A DNA stretch of 64,000 bases from contig JBEUKZ010000065.1 of the NCBI GenBank assembly GCA_048128005.1, positions 248,001 to 312,000 on the forward strand, in the 5' to 3' direction. The stretch comes from Veleropilina oligotropha. Its lineage: Eukaryota. Below the pieces are notes generated by a model, which was not told where the DNA came from, did not search any database, and saw only the letters and a program-made list of their open reading frames with translations. Both the position numbers and the translations under genes were made by a program. Each line of letters begins with the position of its first letter. Position 1 is the stretch's first letter. Below, piece after piece: positions 50,041 through 63,573 of this stretch.

Positions 50041-51225
50041 ATTTGTATCTTTCTACGTTTTACAATACTTTCCATTCTATTTATCCATTTTAATGCCATG
50101 CTCGAGACAGGAGTATCCGCTCTTAAAGCGTTCCTCAAAATCTACTCATGTGATGTAGAAGTCTCACTAGATGCATGATGAATGTGGTTGACTTGTGGTT
50201 TGGATCTGGGAATGTGGCGCCTAAACACGTTATTGCCACTATCATCAAATGAAGTCATTTATCAAGAGCTTAACAACCACTTCCGTTTAATGAATGCTGC
50301 AGTTTGTGACATAATTCACATGCCAATTTTGTCAATTATGCACCATGAAATGGCCACCATCATGGGAACAAAAGTGGTATTGTCAGGCAAGAGACTAACA
50401 TCCGTATTCAAAAACCTTCCTCGACACACATTCATTAAGGTTGACCTCGTTCTAAGTAAGGTTGACCTTCTACTCAATGAATGTAAGGTCAACTTCAAAG
50501 AGGAAAACGTTGATTTCACCATGTTTGCCATTCATGCAGCAGACTTTACTTTCTGTAGATCAGATAAGGTGAGTCCGGCTTCTGTGTATTTTGCACCAGT
50601 GTGGTGCATCGGTATGTTGGCTCAGACCAATAATATACCGCGGGTCTTGTCGGGATGGCTATGTTGAAGGATCCACGACCATCAGAGACTATGGTGCACG
50701 TGGTATTGCATCGAGGAAAAAATTGTATCAATTATTTTATGCATGTACTATCATCCGTACACATTTCCTACCCTGTGTTCACTTTCAGATTATAGTCATG
50801 TGATATGCACCTGCACCACCATATCATAACCAATCATCTATCAAATTAGACGTATGGGACGGATATTTCTGGTAATATCGGTTGTGATTCTGTGCCGACC
50901 CAAATACGTCCACCTGTGACATGGAACCAGTACGTATCTACTCCCACCGGACCCCTGGCTCTCTATCAACATGGCTCTTAATCACAAATAGCCACCACCT
51001 TATCATAATCCCGATTTTTCCATTTATGACAATCGGGAGAGCATTAAAGTTTTCAGAAAAATGCTTGTAGAAAGTTAATGCTCCACCAGAGAGCCGACAT
51101 TCACACCTTTGGTTAGGAAAACATTTTCTGAAAGACTCCACAAAGATCACCATATAATTATAGAAACCATTAATTCACGTTCCAGTATATAAACTTCAAA
51201 TATTATTATCACTTTGACCTCACCT

Positions 51226-51465
51226 GGCCGCTCCGGTAGTCGTGTGGTTTCAGTTGCTGACTCTGAATTCACTGCCTTGATTCCGTTGTCAGGAAATGTA
51301 GTGGGTTTGAATTATTTGTTCAGTTATGAATCACAGTTGTCGGAAACTGGTCGGAGAGGGTGGGTTTCTCAAGCAAACCCGGGCTTTTCTCCCACGATAA
51401 TATGACTGTACATGTTCTGCTTTGAACCTGATGGTTGTAAATATATAGGGCATTCATCATCGACT
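51226..51465 (+). mobile_element. tRNA-derived SINE, copy 3 (older, diverged)
   Basis: Colinear with 12431-12696 (GGCCGCTCCGGTAG..., AATTCACTG, GTTATGAATCACAGTTGTC, TTGAACCTG..GTTGTAAATATA). Confidence 0.8.
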
Positions 51466-51476
51466 CAAACCAACCC

Positions 51477-54388
51477 AGATGTCGGAGATACCTTATGCTC
51501 TAACAACTGTGAAGAATAGGCTCTAGACGTCCTGATGTCGGAGATACCTTACGCTCCAACAACTGTGAATAATAGACTCTAGACGTCCTGATGTCGGAGA
51601 TACCTTACGCTCCAACAACTGTGAAGAATAGGCTATAGACGTCCTGATGTCGGAGATACCTTACGCTCCAACAACTGTGAAGAATAGGCTATAGACGTTC
51701 TGATGTCGGAGATACCCTTCGTTCCAACAACTGTGAAGAATAGGCTATAGACGTCCTGATGTCGGAGATACCTTACATTCCAACAACTGTGAAGAATAGG
51801 CTATAGACGTCCTGATATCGGAGATACGTTACGTTCCAACAACTGTGAATAATAGGCTATAGACGTCCTGATGTCGGAGATACCTTACGTTCCAACAACT
51901 GTGAAGAATAGGCTATAGACGTCCTGATATCGGAGATACCTTACGCTCCAACAACTGTGAAGAATAGGCTATAGACGTCCTGATGTCGGAGATACCTTAC
52001 GCTCCAACAACTGTGAAGAATAGGCTATAGACGTTCTGATGTCGGAGATACCCTTCGTTCCAACAACTGTGAAGAATAGGCTATAGACGTCCTGATGTCG
52101 GAGATACCTTACATTCCAACAACTGTGAAGAATAGGCTATAGACGTCCTGATATCGGAGATACGTTACGTTCCAACAACTGTGAATAATAGGCTATAGAC
52201 GTCCTGATGTCGGAGATACCTTACGTTCCAACAACTGTGAAGAATAGGCTATAGACGTCCTGATATCGGAGATACCTTACGCTCCAACAACTGTGAAGAA
52301 TAGGCTATAGACCTCCTGATGTCGGAGATACCTTACGCTCCAACAACTGTGAAGAATAGGCTATAGACGTCCTGATGTCGGAGATACCTTACGTTCCAAC
52401 AACTGTGAAGAATAGGCTATAGACGTCCTGATGTCGGAGATACCTTACCTTCCAACAACTGTGAAGAATAGGCTATAGACGTCCTGATGTCGGAGATACC
52501 TTACGTTCCAACAACTGTGAATAATAGGCTATAGACGTCCTGATGTCGGAGATACCTTACGTTCCAACAACTGTGAAGAATAGGCTATAGACGTCCTGAT
52601 ATCGGAGATACCTTACGCTCCAACAACTGTGAAGAATAGGCTATAGACCTCCTGATGTCGGAGATACCTTACGCTCCAACAACTGTGAAGAATAGGCTCT
52701 AGACCTCCTGATGTCGGAGATACCTTACGTTCCAACAACTGTGAAGAATAGGCTATAGACGTCCTGATGTCGGAGATACCTTACCTTCCAACAACTGTGA
52801 AGAATAGGCTATAGACGTCCTGATGTCGGAGATACCTTACCTTCCAACAACTGTGAAGAATAGGCTATAGACGTCCTGATGTCGGAGATACCTTACGTTC
52901 CAACAACTGTGAATAATAGACTCTAGACGTCCTGATGTCGGAGATACCTTACGCTCCAACAACTGTGAAGAATAGGCTATAGACGTCCTGATGTCGGAGA
53001 TACCTTACGCTCCAACAACTGTGAAGAATAGGCTATAGACGTCCTGATGTCGGAGATACCTTACGCTCCAACAACTGTGAAGAATAGGCTCTAGACGTCC
53101 TGATGTCGGAGATACCTTACCTTCCAACAACTGTGAAGAATAGGCTATAGACGTCCTGATGTCGGAGATACCTTACGTTCCAACAACTGTGAATAATAGG
53201 CTCTAAACGTCCTGATGTCGGAGATAACTTACGCTCCAACAACTGTGAAGAATAGGCTATAGACGTCCTGATGTCGGAGATACCTTACGCTCCAACAACT
53301 GTGAAGAATAGGCTATAGACGTCCTGATGTCGGAGATACCTTACGCTCCAACAACTGTGAAGAATAGGCTCTAGACGTCCTGATGTCGGAGATACCATAC
53401 GCTCCAACAACTGTGAAGAATAGGCTATAGACGTCCTGATGTCGGAGATACCTTACGCTCCAACAACTGTGAAGAATAGGCTCTAGACGTCCTGATGTCG
53501 GAGATACCTTACGCTCCAACAACTGTGAAGAATAGGCTATAGACGTCCTGATGTCGGAGATACCTTACGCTCCAACAACTGTGAAGAATAGGCTCTAGAC
53601 GTCCTGATGTCGGAGATACCTTACGCTCCAACAACTGTGAAGAATAGGCTATAGACGTCCAGATGTCGGAGATACCTTACGCTCCAACAACTGTGAAGAA
53701 TAGGCTATAGACGTCCTGATGTCGGAGATACCTTACGCTCTAACAACTATGAAGAATAGGCTACCAACCCAGATGTCGGAGACACCTTACGTTCCAACAA
53801 CTGTGAAGAATAGGCTATAGACGTCCTGATATCGGAGATACGTTATGTTCCAACAACTGTGAATAATAGGCTATAGACGTCCTGATGTCGGAGATACCTT
53901 ACGTTCCAACAACTGTGAAGAATAGGCTATAGACGTCCTGATGTCGGAGATACCTTACGCTCCAACAACTGTGAAGAATAGGCTATAGACGTCCTGATGT
54001 CGGAGATACCTTACGTTCCAACAACTGTGAAGAATAGGCTATAGACGTCCAGATGTCGGAGATACCTTACGCTCCAACAACTGTGAAGAATAGGCTATAG
54101 ACGTCCTGATGTCGGAGATACCTTACGTTCCAACAACTGTGAAGAATAGGCTATAGACGTCCTGATGTCGGAGATACCTTACGCTCCAACAACTGTGAAG
54201 AATAGGCTATAGACGTCCTGATGTCGGAGATACCCTACGTTCCAACAACTGTGAAGAATAGGCTATAGACGTCCTGATGTCGGAGATACCTTACGTTCCA
54301 ACAACTGTGAAGAATAAGCTATAGACGTCCTGATGTCGGAGATACCTTACGTTCCAACAACTGTGAAGAATAGGCTATAGACGTCCTG
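51477..54388 (+). repeat. 56-bp satellite, ~52 copies
   Basis: Unit GACGTCCTGATGTCGGAGATACCTTACGCTCCAACAACTGTGAAGAATAGGCTATA; no spacers. Confidence 0.98.
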
Positions 54389-54924
54389 GTCACCATAAAA
54401 ACAAGGCACAAATAATAAAACAAGGGCCCCAACCCAGCATGTGAAAGATCTGGTCTGAACAACAACACTTTTTAAATGTGTATCATAAACCTGATCATCA
54501 ACATATTTGCTCTGATCAACACCAAAGATAAACCCTTAAGGGCAGACACCTCGTTTTCCAATGTAAAATAGCCTAATTTTATCAAATTTTGAACAAACCC
54601 ATTTTCAGAAATCATTATATGTCTAGTTTTGAGGTATGGCTATAATTCGTTGTAATTTGTAATAAAATATCCCAAAAGACATATTTTATGACTTTTACGA
54701 TATTTGTAATTAATTAGTTTCTTTCTAAATATTTCGACTTTTGTCAGAAAACAAGCTTATAATAGCAACGTGTATTATCCTAAAACTTAGTACTAGTATA
54801 TACTTCCATATATAAGTATATTTGAAAATTCGAATAAAATTAGGTTATTTTACATTGGTCGAGGGGGTCTCCCCTTTAGAGAACATCCAAGATTCCTCTT
54901 GTATGATTACAAGAGTAAACAATA

Positions 54925-55890
54925 CCTGGTTCGGGGAGAACATTGTATCGCCAGAGCCCCAGCATGCCTGTTTCGGGGAGAACATTGTATCACCAGGGCC
55001 CCAGCATGCCTGGTTCGGGGAGAACATTGTATCGACAGGGCCCCAGCATGCCTGTTTCAGGAGAACATTGTATCACCAGGGCCTCAGCATGCCTGCAGGA
55101 GAACATTGTATCGCCAGGGCCCCAGCATGCCTGGTTTGGGGAGAACATTGTATCGCCAGGGCCCCAGCATGCCTGGTTCAGGGAGAACATTGTATTGCCA
55201 GAGCCCCAGCATGCCTGGTTCAGGGAGAACATTGTATCACCAGGGCCCCAGCATGCCTGGTTCGGGGAGAACATTGTATCACCAGGGCCCCAGCATGCCT
55301 GGTTCGGGGAGAACATTGTATCACCAGGGCCCCAGCATGCCTGCAGGAGAACATTGTATCACCAGAGCCCCAGCATGCCTGCTTCGGGGAGAACATTGTA
55401 TCACCAGGGCCCCATCGTGCCTGGTTCGGGGAGAAGATTGTATCGCCAGGGGCCTCAGTATGCCTGGTTCGGGGAGAAGATTGTATTGCCAGGAACCCAG
55501 TATGCCTGGTTCGGGGAGAAGATTGTATTGCCAGGGGCCCCAGAATGCTTGGTTCGGGGAGAAGATTGTATTATCAGGAACCCAGTATGCCTGGTTCGGG
55601 GAGAAGATTGTATCGCCAGGGGCCCCAGTATGCTTGGTTCGGGGAGGAGATTGTATTGCCAGGAACCCAGTATGCCTGGTTCGGGGAGAAGATTGTATCG
55701 CCAAGGGCCCCAGCATGCCTGGTTCGGGGAGAAGAAAGTACCGCTAGGGGCCACAGCGTGCTTGGTTCGGGGAGAAGAAAGTACGGCTAGGGGCCATAGC
55801 ATGCTTGTTTCTAGGAGAACGTATAGCTAGGGGCCACAGCATGCCTGGTTCGTGCTGAACATTGTATTTCCAGGGGCCCCAGCATGCGTG
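54925..55890 (+). repeat. ~42-bp GC-rich minisatellite, ~23 copies
   Basis: Unit GGAGAACATTGTATCACCAGGGCCCCAGCATGCCTGGTTCGG with 35- and 43-bp variants. Confidence 0.95.
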
Positions 55891-57575
55891 GTATGGTTCA
55901 GGGAATGTTTTTCAGACCATCACCTGCATCCATCACTCAGAGATGGGCACTGACTTTCGTCATTTAATGTTCTCTCGCTTATAAAGAAATATTGTTGGAA
56001 TGTTGTTGGAATCCATCCATAAAGAAAACAAAATATATAATTTTGTTCGCGGTAAATTTATTAACTTAAAAAGTCAGATCTAACAGAGAAGACGTTGCAC
56101 AACAATAAAAAACAATTAGTCATGACTAGTTATCACTAACAAAATAGAAAACCTAGAATATATCATATTCATGCTTTTGTCTGGTCACGGTACATCACAG
56201 ATGGTCACAAATCTAAATGAATGAAAGGATGAACGCTGTCACATATTTGTATGACGAGCATGTACACACATTTATGATGCTGAATGATACGGCCCCACAA
56301 TAATGAATCTGATTGAAACAATATGATAATTACCCGTCTTTACTCATGTCTGCCATTTGTGTTTACTATTTGTTGTTACTAAATTGGCAGAAATACTATT
56401 AGATGGTATTAGATGTCACAAAATGATGAACTGATTAAAGTTTTACATCATATTTTCAAAATCGCAAAGTTTAAAACTGCAATTTTTATACGATACCTAG
56501 AAAACTATTATTAAGCGAATAGAATTTCAATTAAGATATTTCGTCTGTAGTTGTATCTCGTCATATTGGATACATCTTTAGTCTGTAGTTGTATCTCGTC
56601 ATATTGCATATATCTTACATTTTAAATAGTGCCAAATGTTTCAGTAAACGGTAGAAGTCAAAAATGCGATGTTTCTTCTCAAATTCACTTAAACTTCTTT
56701 GGCATCAAGCCAAAAGACAATTATTTTACACTTTGGTGAAAGATTCAAATGATAAAGAGCTCTTCTTCCTAACGATATCTTGAATAAATGGTTTGTGGTG
56801 TGTTGATTGGTCCTTTTACAATTAGACGTTCATTTGGAGAGAAACACAGTACTTTACATATATAAATCCACTAAGTATCATTATAAAGAATACATTTTCT
56901 AACAGACAACGACATGCCCATGAAATAATGGCATGATCTAATATTTTACAATAAACCAGCTTTAAACTGCAAGACAATGACAGAGACATTTGTTGTACAA
57001 AATTACAAGGACCATGAAATAAGTTTGATCAACTGCATCTAACAATAAATTCATTTATAACCAAGGAATGCGATAAAAGTGAACTCCTGTCATTAAGAAC
57101 TAAAATTAACATAATAAAAACACAATTAATCTCATTACATAAATTAACAAAAATAAATAATTATAAAATTATCACAGGTACATGAAAAAAATAATGATGG
57201 AATGTTGTAGCTTATTTACAAACTGTTTAATCAGATACAGTATATTATTTACACAATAGCCCTATGCTTTATGCAGAGATATTGAAAAGTATGTTAAAAC
57301 TGCATCAATATATATAAAAGCAATCTAATTCTACCATTACCCAATATAAATATAGAGAAACCATATGCAGCTACAGTTACATCTGCAGCCGATATTGTGG
57401 AATGCACATTATGCATCGATTACCACAGTGCATTAACAATATTATACACACATTGACTAGATCAATTCTCAGGCAAGCATAGCATTATATAGTTTAACAA
57501 TGACAACATCTTAATCACTATTCGACCAGTGTTCATTAGTGCTCTATTAAAGGGACCATGTTTCTTAAACACCAT

Positions 57576-59134
57576 GGGTCGTATGATCGAAAGAAGTTTA
57601 ACTTGGACTGAGTTTGGGGGCAAACTTGGTCTGGCAAATCCTGGATCAACTGTCTAAAATAACCGGTATAACAGAAACACGGTTTTTATTACGAACACCG
57701 ATGGTTTAAATCATGCTATGTGCTAAACAGAGTTTGAAGCAATGTCAGAACTTTGTCCATTCCTAATTTTAAAAAAAAAATCACTAGCCAGCGCTATAAA
57801 TAGGCTATGCAGTTCTATATATCAACATGAGCCTCTCTTAGACATTGCCGATGGTGATGACGACTGTTAAGCAGTCGAAGCGGATGGGCAAGCTGAAGGC
57901 AATATTCAGCAACGCAATAATAGGCGGGTTGTAATATATAGCGGTACTTTAAATAATTGTGTGGTGTGTGCATTTTTCTTTTATGAAAGACATCACTTTT
58001 GTGTTCTTTATATATTATGAAGGATAAACTTTAATGACGTAAGGAGTTTATCATAGGATTAAAGAACTACCCTTAATGAGCAAATTCCCCAAATATCATT
58101 AGGCTTAGTTGTTCACATGTAATTTCACAGTAATTGTATCGCAATGGGCGGTACACATCAAAATCGGTAATTAAATAGCGTGCCTCGTCAGTATTATGGT
58201 ATGCCCCACTCTCAACGCATTGATCTTTCTCACTGGAATGTTGTTCCTCTCTTCCATTAGGCACTTGTTAATTGATTGAGAGTGGCGGGGGTGGGAAGGG
58301 GTTGGGAGAATTCCGACCCCGACAGAAGAGGTCCAGTTCGTCCCATAAATGTTAAATTACAGAAATTACATCTAGTAGGCTAAATGGAGGTGTGGTTAGC
58401 CAGAAAGTCTCTATGATCTCATCTACATGGGCTCGAGATAATTTTGCTGTAAAATCAGTTGACGTTGTTGCACAATGCGGACTACGACATGCCGGGATGT
58501 CATCCCTGTTCCTTACTGCTGTTAAATTGCCCGCTACCTCCATGAAAGGTGTTTTTTCTCTATGAGAGATTCCTCTCTAGACCATCCTATTACTCTCAAA
58601 ATAATGCAAACGTCGTCGAAACAGTATCCACGATGCCGGTATGCACGACATCGAGAGCGATCCGTGAGTCATCTGTGAACAGAACATGTCACCACTGCCT
58701 CATATCATTGAAAATCTTCTGGGTGCATGTGCCGTCAACCAAGTTCCGCGACGCACGCAACGTTGAGGAGTGAGGGAATGATCGATGTAAGGACGACATA
58801 CCCTCAAATAGTATTGTAACCGAGTGTCAATATTTACCGGTAATCGGCTATAAAAAAATTGCATTTTTTGTTAACCTGCGTTTCTTTATCTCGTTAGTAT
58901 ATTTTATTCCTTTTTGTTCTAGAATCTCATTAAAATATAATTTCATTATAATGTCTCTGTTAAACTGCACGTTAAACTACCTCCTTGTAGGTCTACCTAA
59001 TCTGCCATTTGGAACCAGATTTAGACTGGGTTTAAGCTAAACTGCTTTCGATCATACGACATCTGGTCTACCACTCGATTTAGACCCAGTTTGGGCTGAA
59101 TCCAGGTTTAAACCTGCTTCGATCATACGGGCCC
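57576..59134. mobile_element. PIF/Harbinger-like non-autonomous element
   Basis: TIR GGG(T)CGTATGATCGAA / TTCGATCATACGGGCCC, with a second internal TTCGATCATACG at ~59047. Confidence 0.7.
58190..58765 (-). pseudogene. Tc1-family transposase relic nested in the Harbinger-like element
   Basis: Minus-strand QW*HVLFTDDSRIAL, SRAHV and HLWDELD motifs. Confidence 0.75.
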
Positions 59135-60867
59135 ATGTGTTCCATTTAAATCTTTGAAATGAGTCCATGAAAACAAAGTTAATAAACACCAATAATTTGA
59201 AAATGATTACTATTGGTCCAAAACACTTACTTGCACAATGTATATTATCTATCAGGTGTTGACATTTTGCTAGTTTGAAGAAATTGCTTTATTTCTATTA
59301 TTAAACATAACAAAACATAATTTCATATCATGTTTAACAAAAGTTTAACTAATTTAACTAAGTATACATAATCTGAAACTAAACACGGAAATGCCACGTT
59401 GGCGACACTAGACATTATAGTCCCTTTAATAATAATAGTTGCAACTACCAGAGCAGGTCAGCACCAACATATTATGTACTGACTGTTCCACAATAACCAT
59501 TTACACAATAACCGAATTCAGAAACAAGAATACACAAAACACTTTGGGGACTCAAAGAAACATGATAATATTATGTAAACATACATTTATGAAATACGCA
59601 ATATATGTCAAATATATATTGACATACCCCTGATGCTGTTATAAACTCTATTAATGAAATGTACTGTTGTGTGAAACATATAAGAGACATTATGAAATCA
59701 AGCCAGAAAAACAAATCTTTTATCATTACTACTAATATATGATATATATATGGCGGCAATTCACAATAAACAGTACATGGAGGATAAGCCCCTTATATTT
59801 ACCAATTCAGATTCCATCTTCTGTTAAAAGTACAATCTGGAAATGCTATCATCATCGTTACGTTTAGCACCTACTACAAATCAACATTAGGCAAGAAGTA
59901 TAATCCTCATACAGGCCTGCCTTTTGCTTACAGAAAGCACAAAAATTTAACATTTCAATTGTATTTTCACACGAAATGAAATATTTTCAAGAGTAACATC
60001 AATATCGCATCATATATTATCTTGATTTCGCCGCAAATACTCTGTTCTGATTGGCTGACGTCATTTTGTTAACTGACCGTATACACCTACCAGACGTTGT
60101 TTATGGAGTCTTAAACAATGGTGACGTGATAATCCTCTGTTCTGATTGGCTAACTGGCCGTCAAGGGAAATAACTCAGCCTTACTGACACCGTAGATAGG
60201 TAAATGCAAATGGCTGCTAACAAGTGTTATGAACGAAATCGGGACTCTGTTAATCAAGCATCACGATAAGAAATCAAGGTAAAATGAAGATAAAATCAAG
60301 ATAAATACGTTGTCGAACAACGTCTTGGTAAATACGTTGGATTGAATCCACCATATTCACCGCGACGTCGTCCGACAACTTATATTAATATATGGTATAA
60401 AGCTTAATGATGACGAAAGTCATGTTACTGTGTTGTAACAATCTTGACTTTCATAAAACATCTCATTATGGGGACAGCGGTGTCTCCAAGACAGAATAAC
60501 CTGTAAACATGTTAATTTGGAAAATGTTTGAGACAACATTATCATGCGTGCAGTATCTTTATTACACCACACTATCAATATCTTTATCAACATGATGCCC
60601 GCTGTCTATATTTTCACACTGTGGCAACTTCCAAATCTTAAGTGTTTATTAGATCAACATTATCAGTGTATTCACTACAAAGCACAATTTCAATACATTC
60701 ACAGTCATTATTTCAAGAATCGATCGTAATGTTATTTATAAATTATGATGGATGACACTAATTTATATAGGGACACACTGTCATCGATATCAAACAATAT
60801 ATGTACAACATAATGAGATTTGAAATGATCATGATGGATGTTCGCAACTAAAGCTTATGACATCCTA

Positions 60868-61024
60868 CTAGACGGTGTCTAGGTTTTCCACTGCCAGCGA
60901 AAGCTTGTCGATGTTGATATGCTGGTTACTTGATGGCACCAGTTCACGAAGGGTTAGCAGGATATCGGAATATGCAGGTCGGCTCTTTTGATCCTTCGAC
61001 CAGCAAGAAAACATCACATTATGC
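60868..61024 (-). CDS. Terminal coding exon of a protein tyrosine kinase (subdomain XI plus C-terminal tail)
   Basis: Acceptor ttttccAG, then (L)HNVMFSCWSKDQKSRPAYSDILLTLRELVPSSNQHINIDKLSLAVENLDTV*, followed by a second TAG. Phase matches the 63574-63670 exon. Confidence 0.9.
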
Positions 61025-61064
61025 CTGGAAAATAATGCATGTATCAATTAATCCATTAGATTAA

Positions 61065-61431
61065 ACAAGAACCACGGTCTTATATGTCTCGCCCTTTAAA
61101 TATATATATCAATGTATCAGAAAATTCCATTCAATGAAAAACTTTAACCGAAAAAACTTTAACCGAAAATGACACGACGCCGACGACGCCGACGGAAAAT
61201 GTAATCCCTAAGTCTCGCTTTCCCTTCGGGGCGAGACAACAAGAACCACGGTTCGATATGTCTCGCCCTTTAAATATATATATCAATGTATCAGAAAATT
61301 CCATTCAATGAAAAACTTTAACCGAAAAAACGTTAACCAAAAATGACACGACGCCGACGACGGCGACGACGACGACGCCGCCGCCGGAAAATGTAATCCC
61401 TAAGTCTCGCTTTCCCTTCGGGGCGAGACAA
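61065..61431. mobile_element. Head-to-tail dimer of a short HINE-like element in the kinase intron
   Basis: Two copies of ~175 and ~190 bp, each starting AACAAGAACCACGGT, with a (GAC/GCC)n tract and terminal hairpin GTCTCGC...GCGAGAC. Confidence 0.8.
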
Positions 61432-61640
61432 AAACTGGAACACAGGGAGGATTTTGTTGATATTTTGTATGTTATGACCCTACAGGGCATTAAACTGGAT
61501 GTTAAACACTGAGCCACTCCCATCCTGCTTGTTCAAATTGCAGCCTCTAAATATTCACGATCAATTGCAGGCCAAACAAGATATAAAAATTTAGTCTCTA
61601 CTCAAAAAGTTAATCAAGCTGACCATTGGGTGATTTTGTG

Positions 61641-61793
61641 CACCAGTAACGCAGTTCATCTTCACCAGTAACGCAGTTCATCTGCACCAGTAACGCAGTT
61701 CATCTTCACCAGTAACGCAGTTCATCTTCACCAGTAACGCAGTTCATCTTCACCAGTAACGCAGTTCATCTTCACCAGTAACGCAGTTCATCT
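61641..61793 (+). repeat. 22-bp minisatellite, 7 copies
   Basis: Unit CACCAGTAACGCAGTTCATCTT. Confidence 0.95.
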
Positions 61794-62012
61794 TTTTTCA
61801 TTAACTATAACATTTCGATCTTTAGTGAATACACATGTGATGAACCAGACTTCAGGTGTCATCTGTTGGGGTCAGTTGCCGACTATTTTTCCAGTAGATG
61901 AGTGGATAAGACGGCGGACTCTCTATTTTCACTCGCTTGACTGCTCTGTCTAACAGAGTGGGTACGAATCCTCGGTGGGCACTCTGCGAGCAGACACAGT
62001 CATCCATAACAG

Positions 62013-62197
62013 GGTTCATACACCTTGGTTCATACATCTTGGTTCATACACCTTGGTTCATACACCTTGGTTCATACATCTTGGTTCATACATCTTGGTT
62101 CATACATCTTGGTTCATACATCTTGGTTCATACACCTTGGTTCATACACCTTGGTTCATACATCTTGGTTCATACATCTTGGTTCATACGCCTTGGT
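62013..62197 (+). repeat. 14-bp minisatellite, ~13 copies
   Basis: Unit GGTTCATACA(C/T)CTT. Confidence 0.95.
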
Positions 62198-62307
62198 CAA
62201 AATGAAATTCAAGCACTTAAAAATGAAATTCAAGAATTATCTTAAGACCGTATAAACCAGTTACAGAATCATATTCTCGTTTAAAAATACTGTTTTAACT
62301 TGAGGGT

Positions 62308-63365
62308 TTGTTACCGGAGGAGGAGCGAGGGTATTGCAATCGGCTCTGTATGTATGTATGCGAGTCCATATGTTTGTATATATGTCCATTCGCATAACTC
62401 AAAAACTATTGATCCGATTTACTTGAAAGTTTCTCCCTGGCTCGGTCCTCCTCGAAAATGGTCCGGATTGTGATCCGGGTTCCGATTTTATGACGCAATA
62501 TCCGGTTTACAGGTTTTCGGCTGTAGCATTAAAACGCTTCATCGTACAAACATCAAAATAGGCTCAAAATGTTCTTTAGATCAGGGGTCAATGACAACAT
62601 GACTTATATAGAATCTATCTCACACAAGATGGCCGCCAGGAGGATTTAAAATTTGAAAAATGGGGGTCAATTTGTAATTTCACCAAATCAAATTAAATTA
62701 GGTAAATTCGTTATGCAAATCATAGTCATGATGAAATGATATTGATATCAGCCAAAATATTTAGAAAATAATGTGAAATGTGTAATTTTTATAAGCATTT
62801 TAGAAATCAACCAACGAAAATTGCAAATAAATGCCGTAAATATGTAACCACTGAAACCAGACACCTCAAATTTTGCCAAGCAACAGAGTGGGACATTATC
62901 TACAACTCTTATCGGTATACTTATGTGTTTGAGCGCATTTGTAGCAATAATTATTGTTCCGAAGTCAAAATTGTCGAGACGTTGCGATATTTGTGATAGC
63001 TCTTTAAATACTGCTAACGCCGTGATATAATTTACACCATTAAGGAAGGTTACCATAATCTATCTTTCTTGAAAGTTTCAGGTATATCGCTTTAGTAACT
63101 ATTGAGTTATTGCGAGTTAAGTATTGTCAACTTCGGCAAAATTTGCAAACACAAAAATGTAACACCAAATATAAATAGCCTAATTAGCGGTTGTATTTCG
63201 ACTGTCAGTATGGCGTAAACGGTTAGGTTGTTGGGGAAAGATCTGGAGGTCCAGGGTTCTATTCCAGTTACCTCCACAATAATATTTTTAATTTTTAGTT
63301 AATTTAATGCTAATAATGTGATATAATTTACACCGCTAAGCATTGATACGGTAATCAACCTTTCC
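62308..63365 (+). mobile_element. HINE-like element with a captured tRNA/SINE-like fragment
   Basis: TTGTTACCG start with a matching CGGTAA near 63349, (GTAT)n tract after the 5' end, and a degenerate tRNA-like head at ~63205-63270. Confidence 0.5.
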
Positions 63366-63573
63366 TGGATATTTTATGATTGTAATGTTTTGAAATATTG
63401 ATCGTAGACATTTCTGACTTTCACCATCGTCTTCCTTGGCCCCGTGGCGAGGGTTTGCAATCTCGTCTGATTTCTCTTATTTTCCCATGCGAGCAGGCTC
63501 TCCACCTGTATGAACATGGCAGTTGTTATAACGAGACATGAAGCATTGATCCAAACCAGAATGAGATACTCAC

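Noticed and set aside
50530..51150. Possible further minus-strand LINE RT fragment (NIRPIRLI resembling NYRPISL)
   Set aside because: Too degenerate to support by eye; it needs a frameshift-aware protein search.
51477..54388. CRISPR-like appearance of this and the other regular arrays (4534, 19865, 23370, 46591)
   Set aside because: Units are contiguous with no unique spacers, there are no cas genes, and the context is eukaryotic.
54822..55830. Three overlapping ~300-aa ORFs
   Set aside because: They are minisatellite translations that swap frames with unit-length variants.
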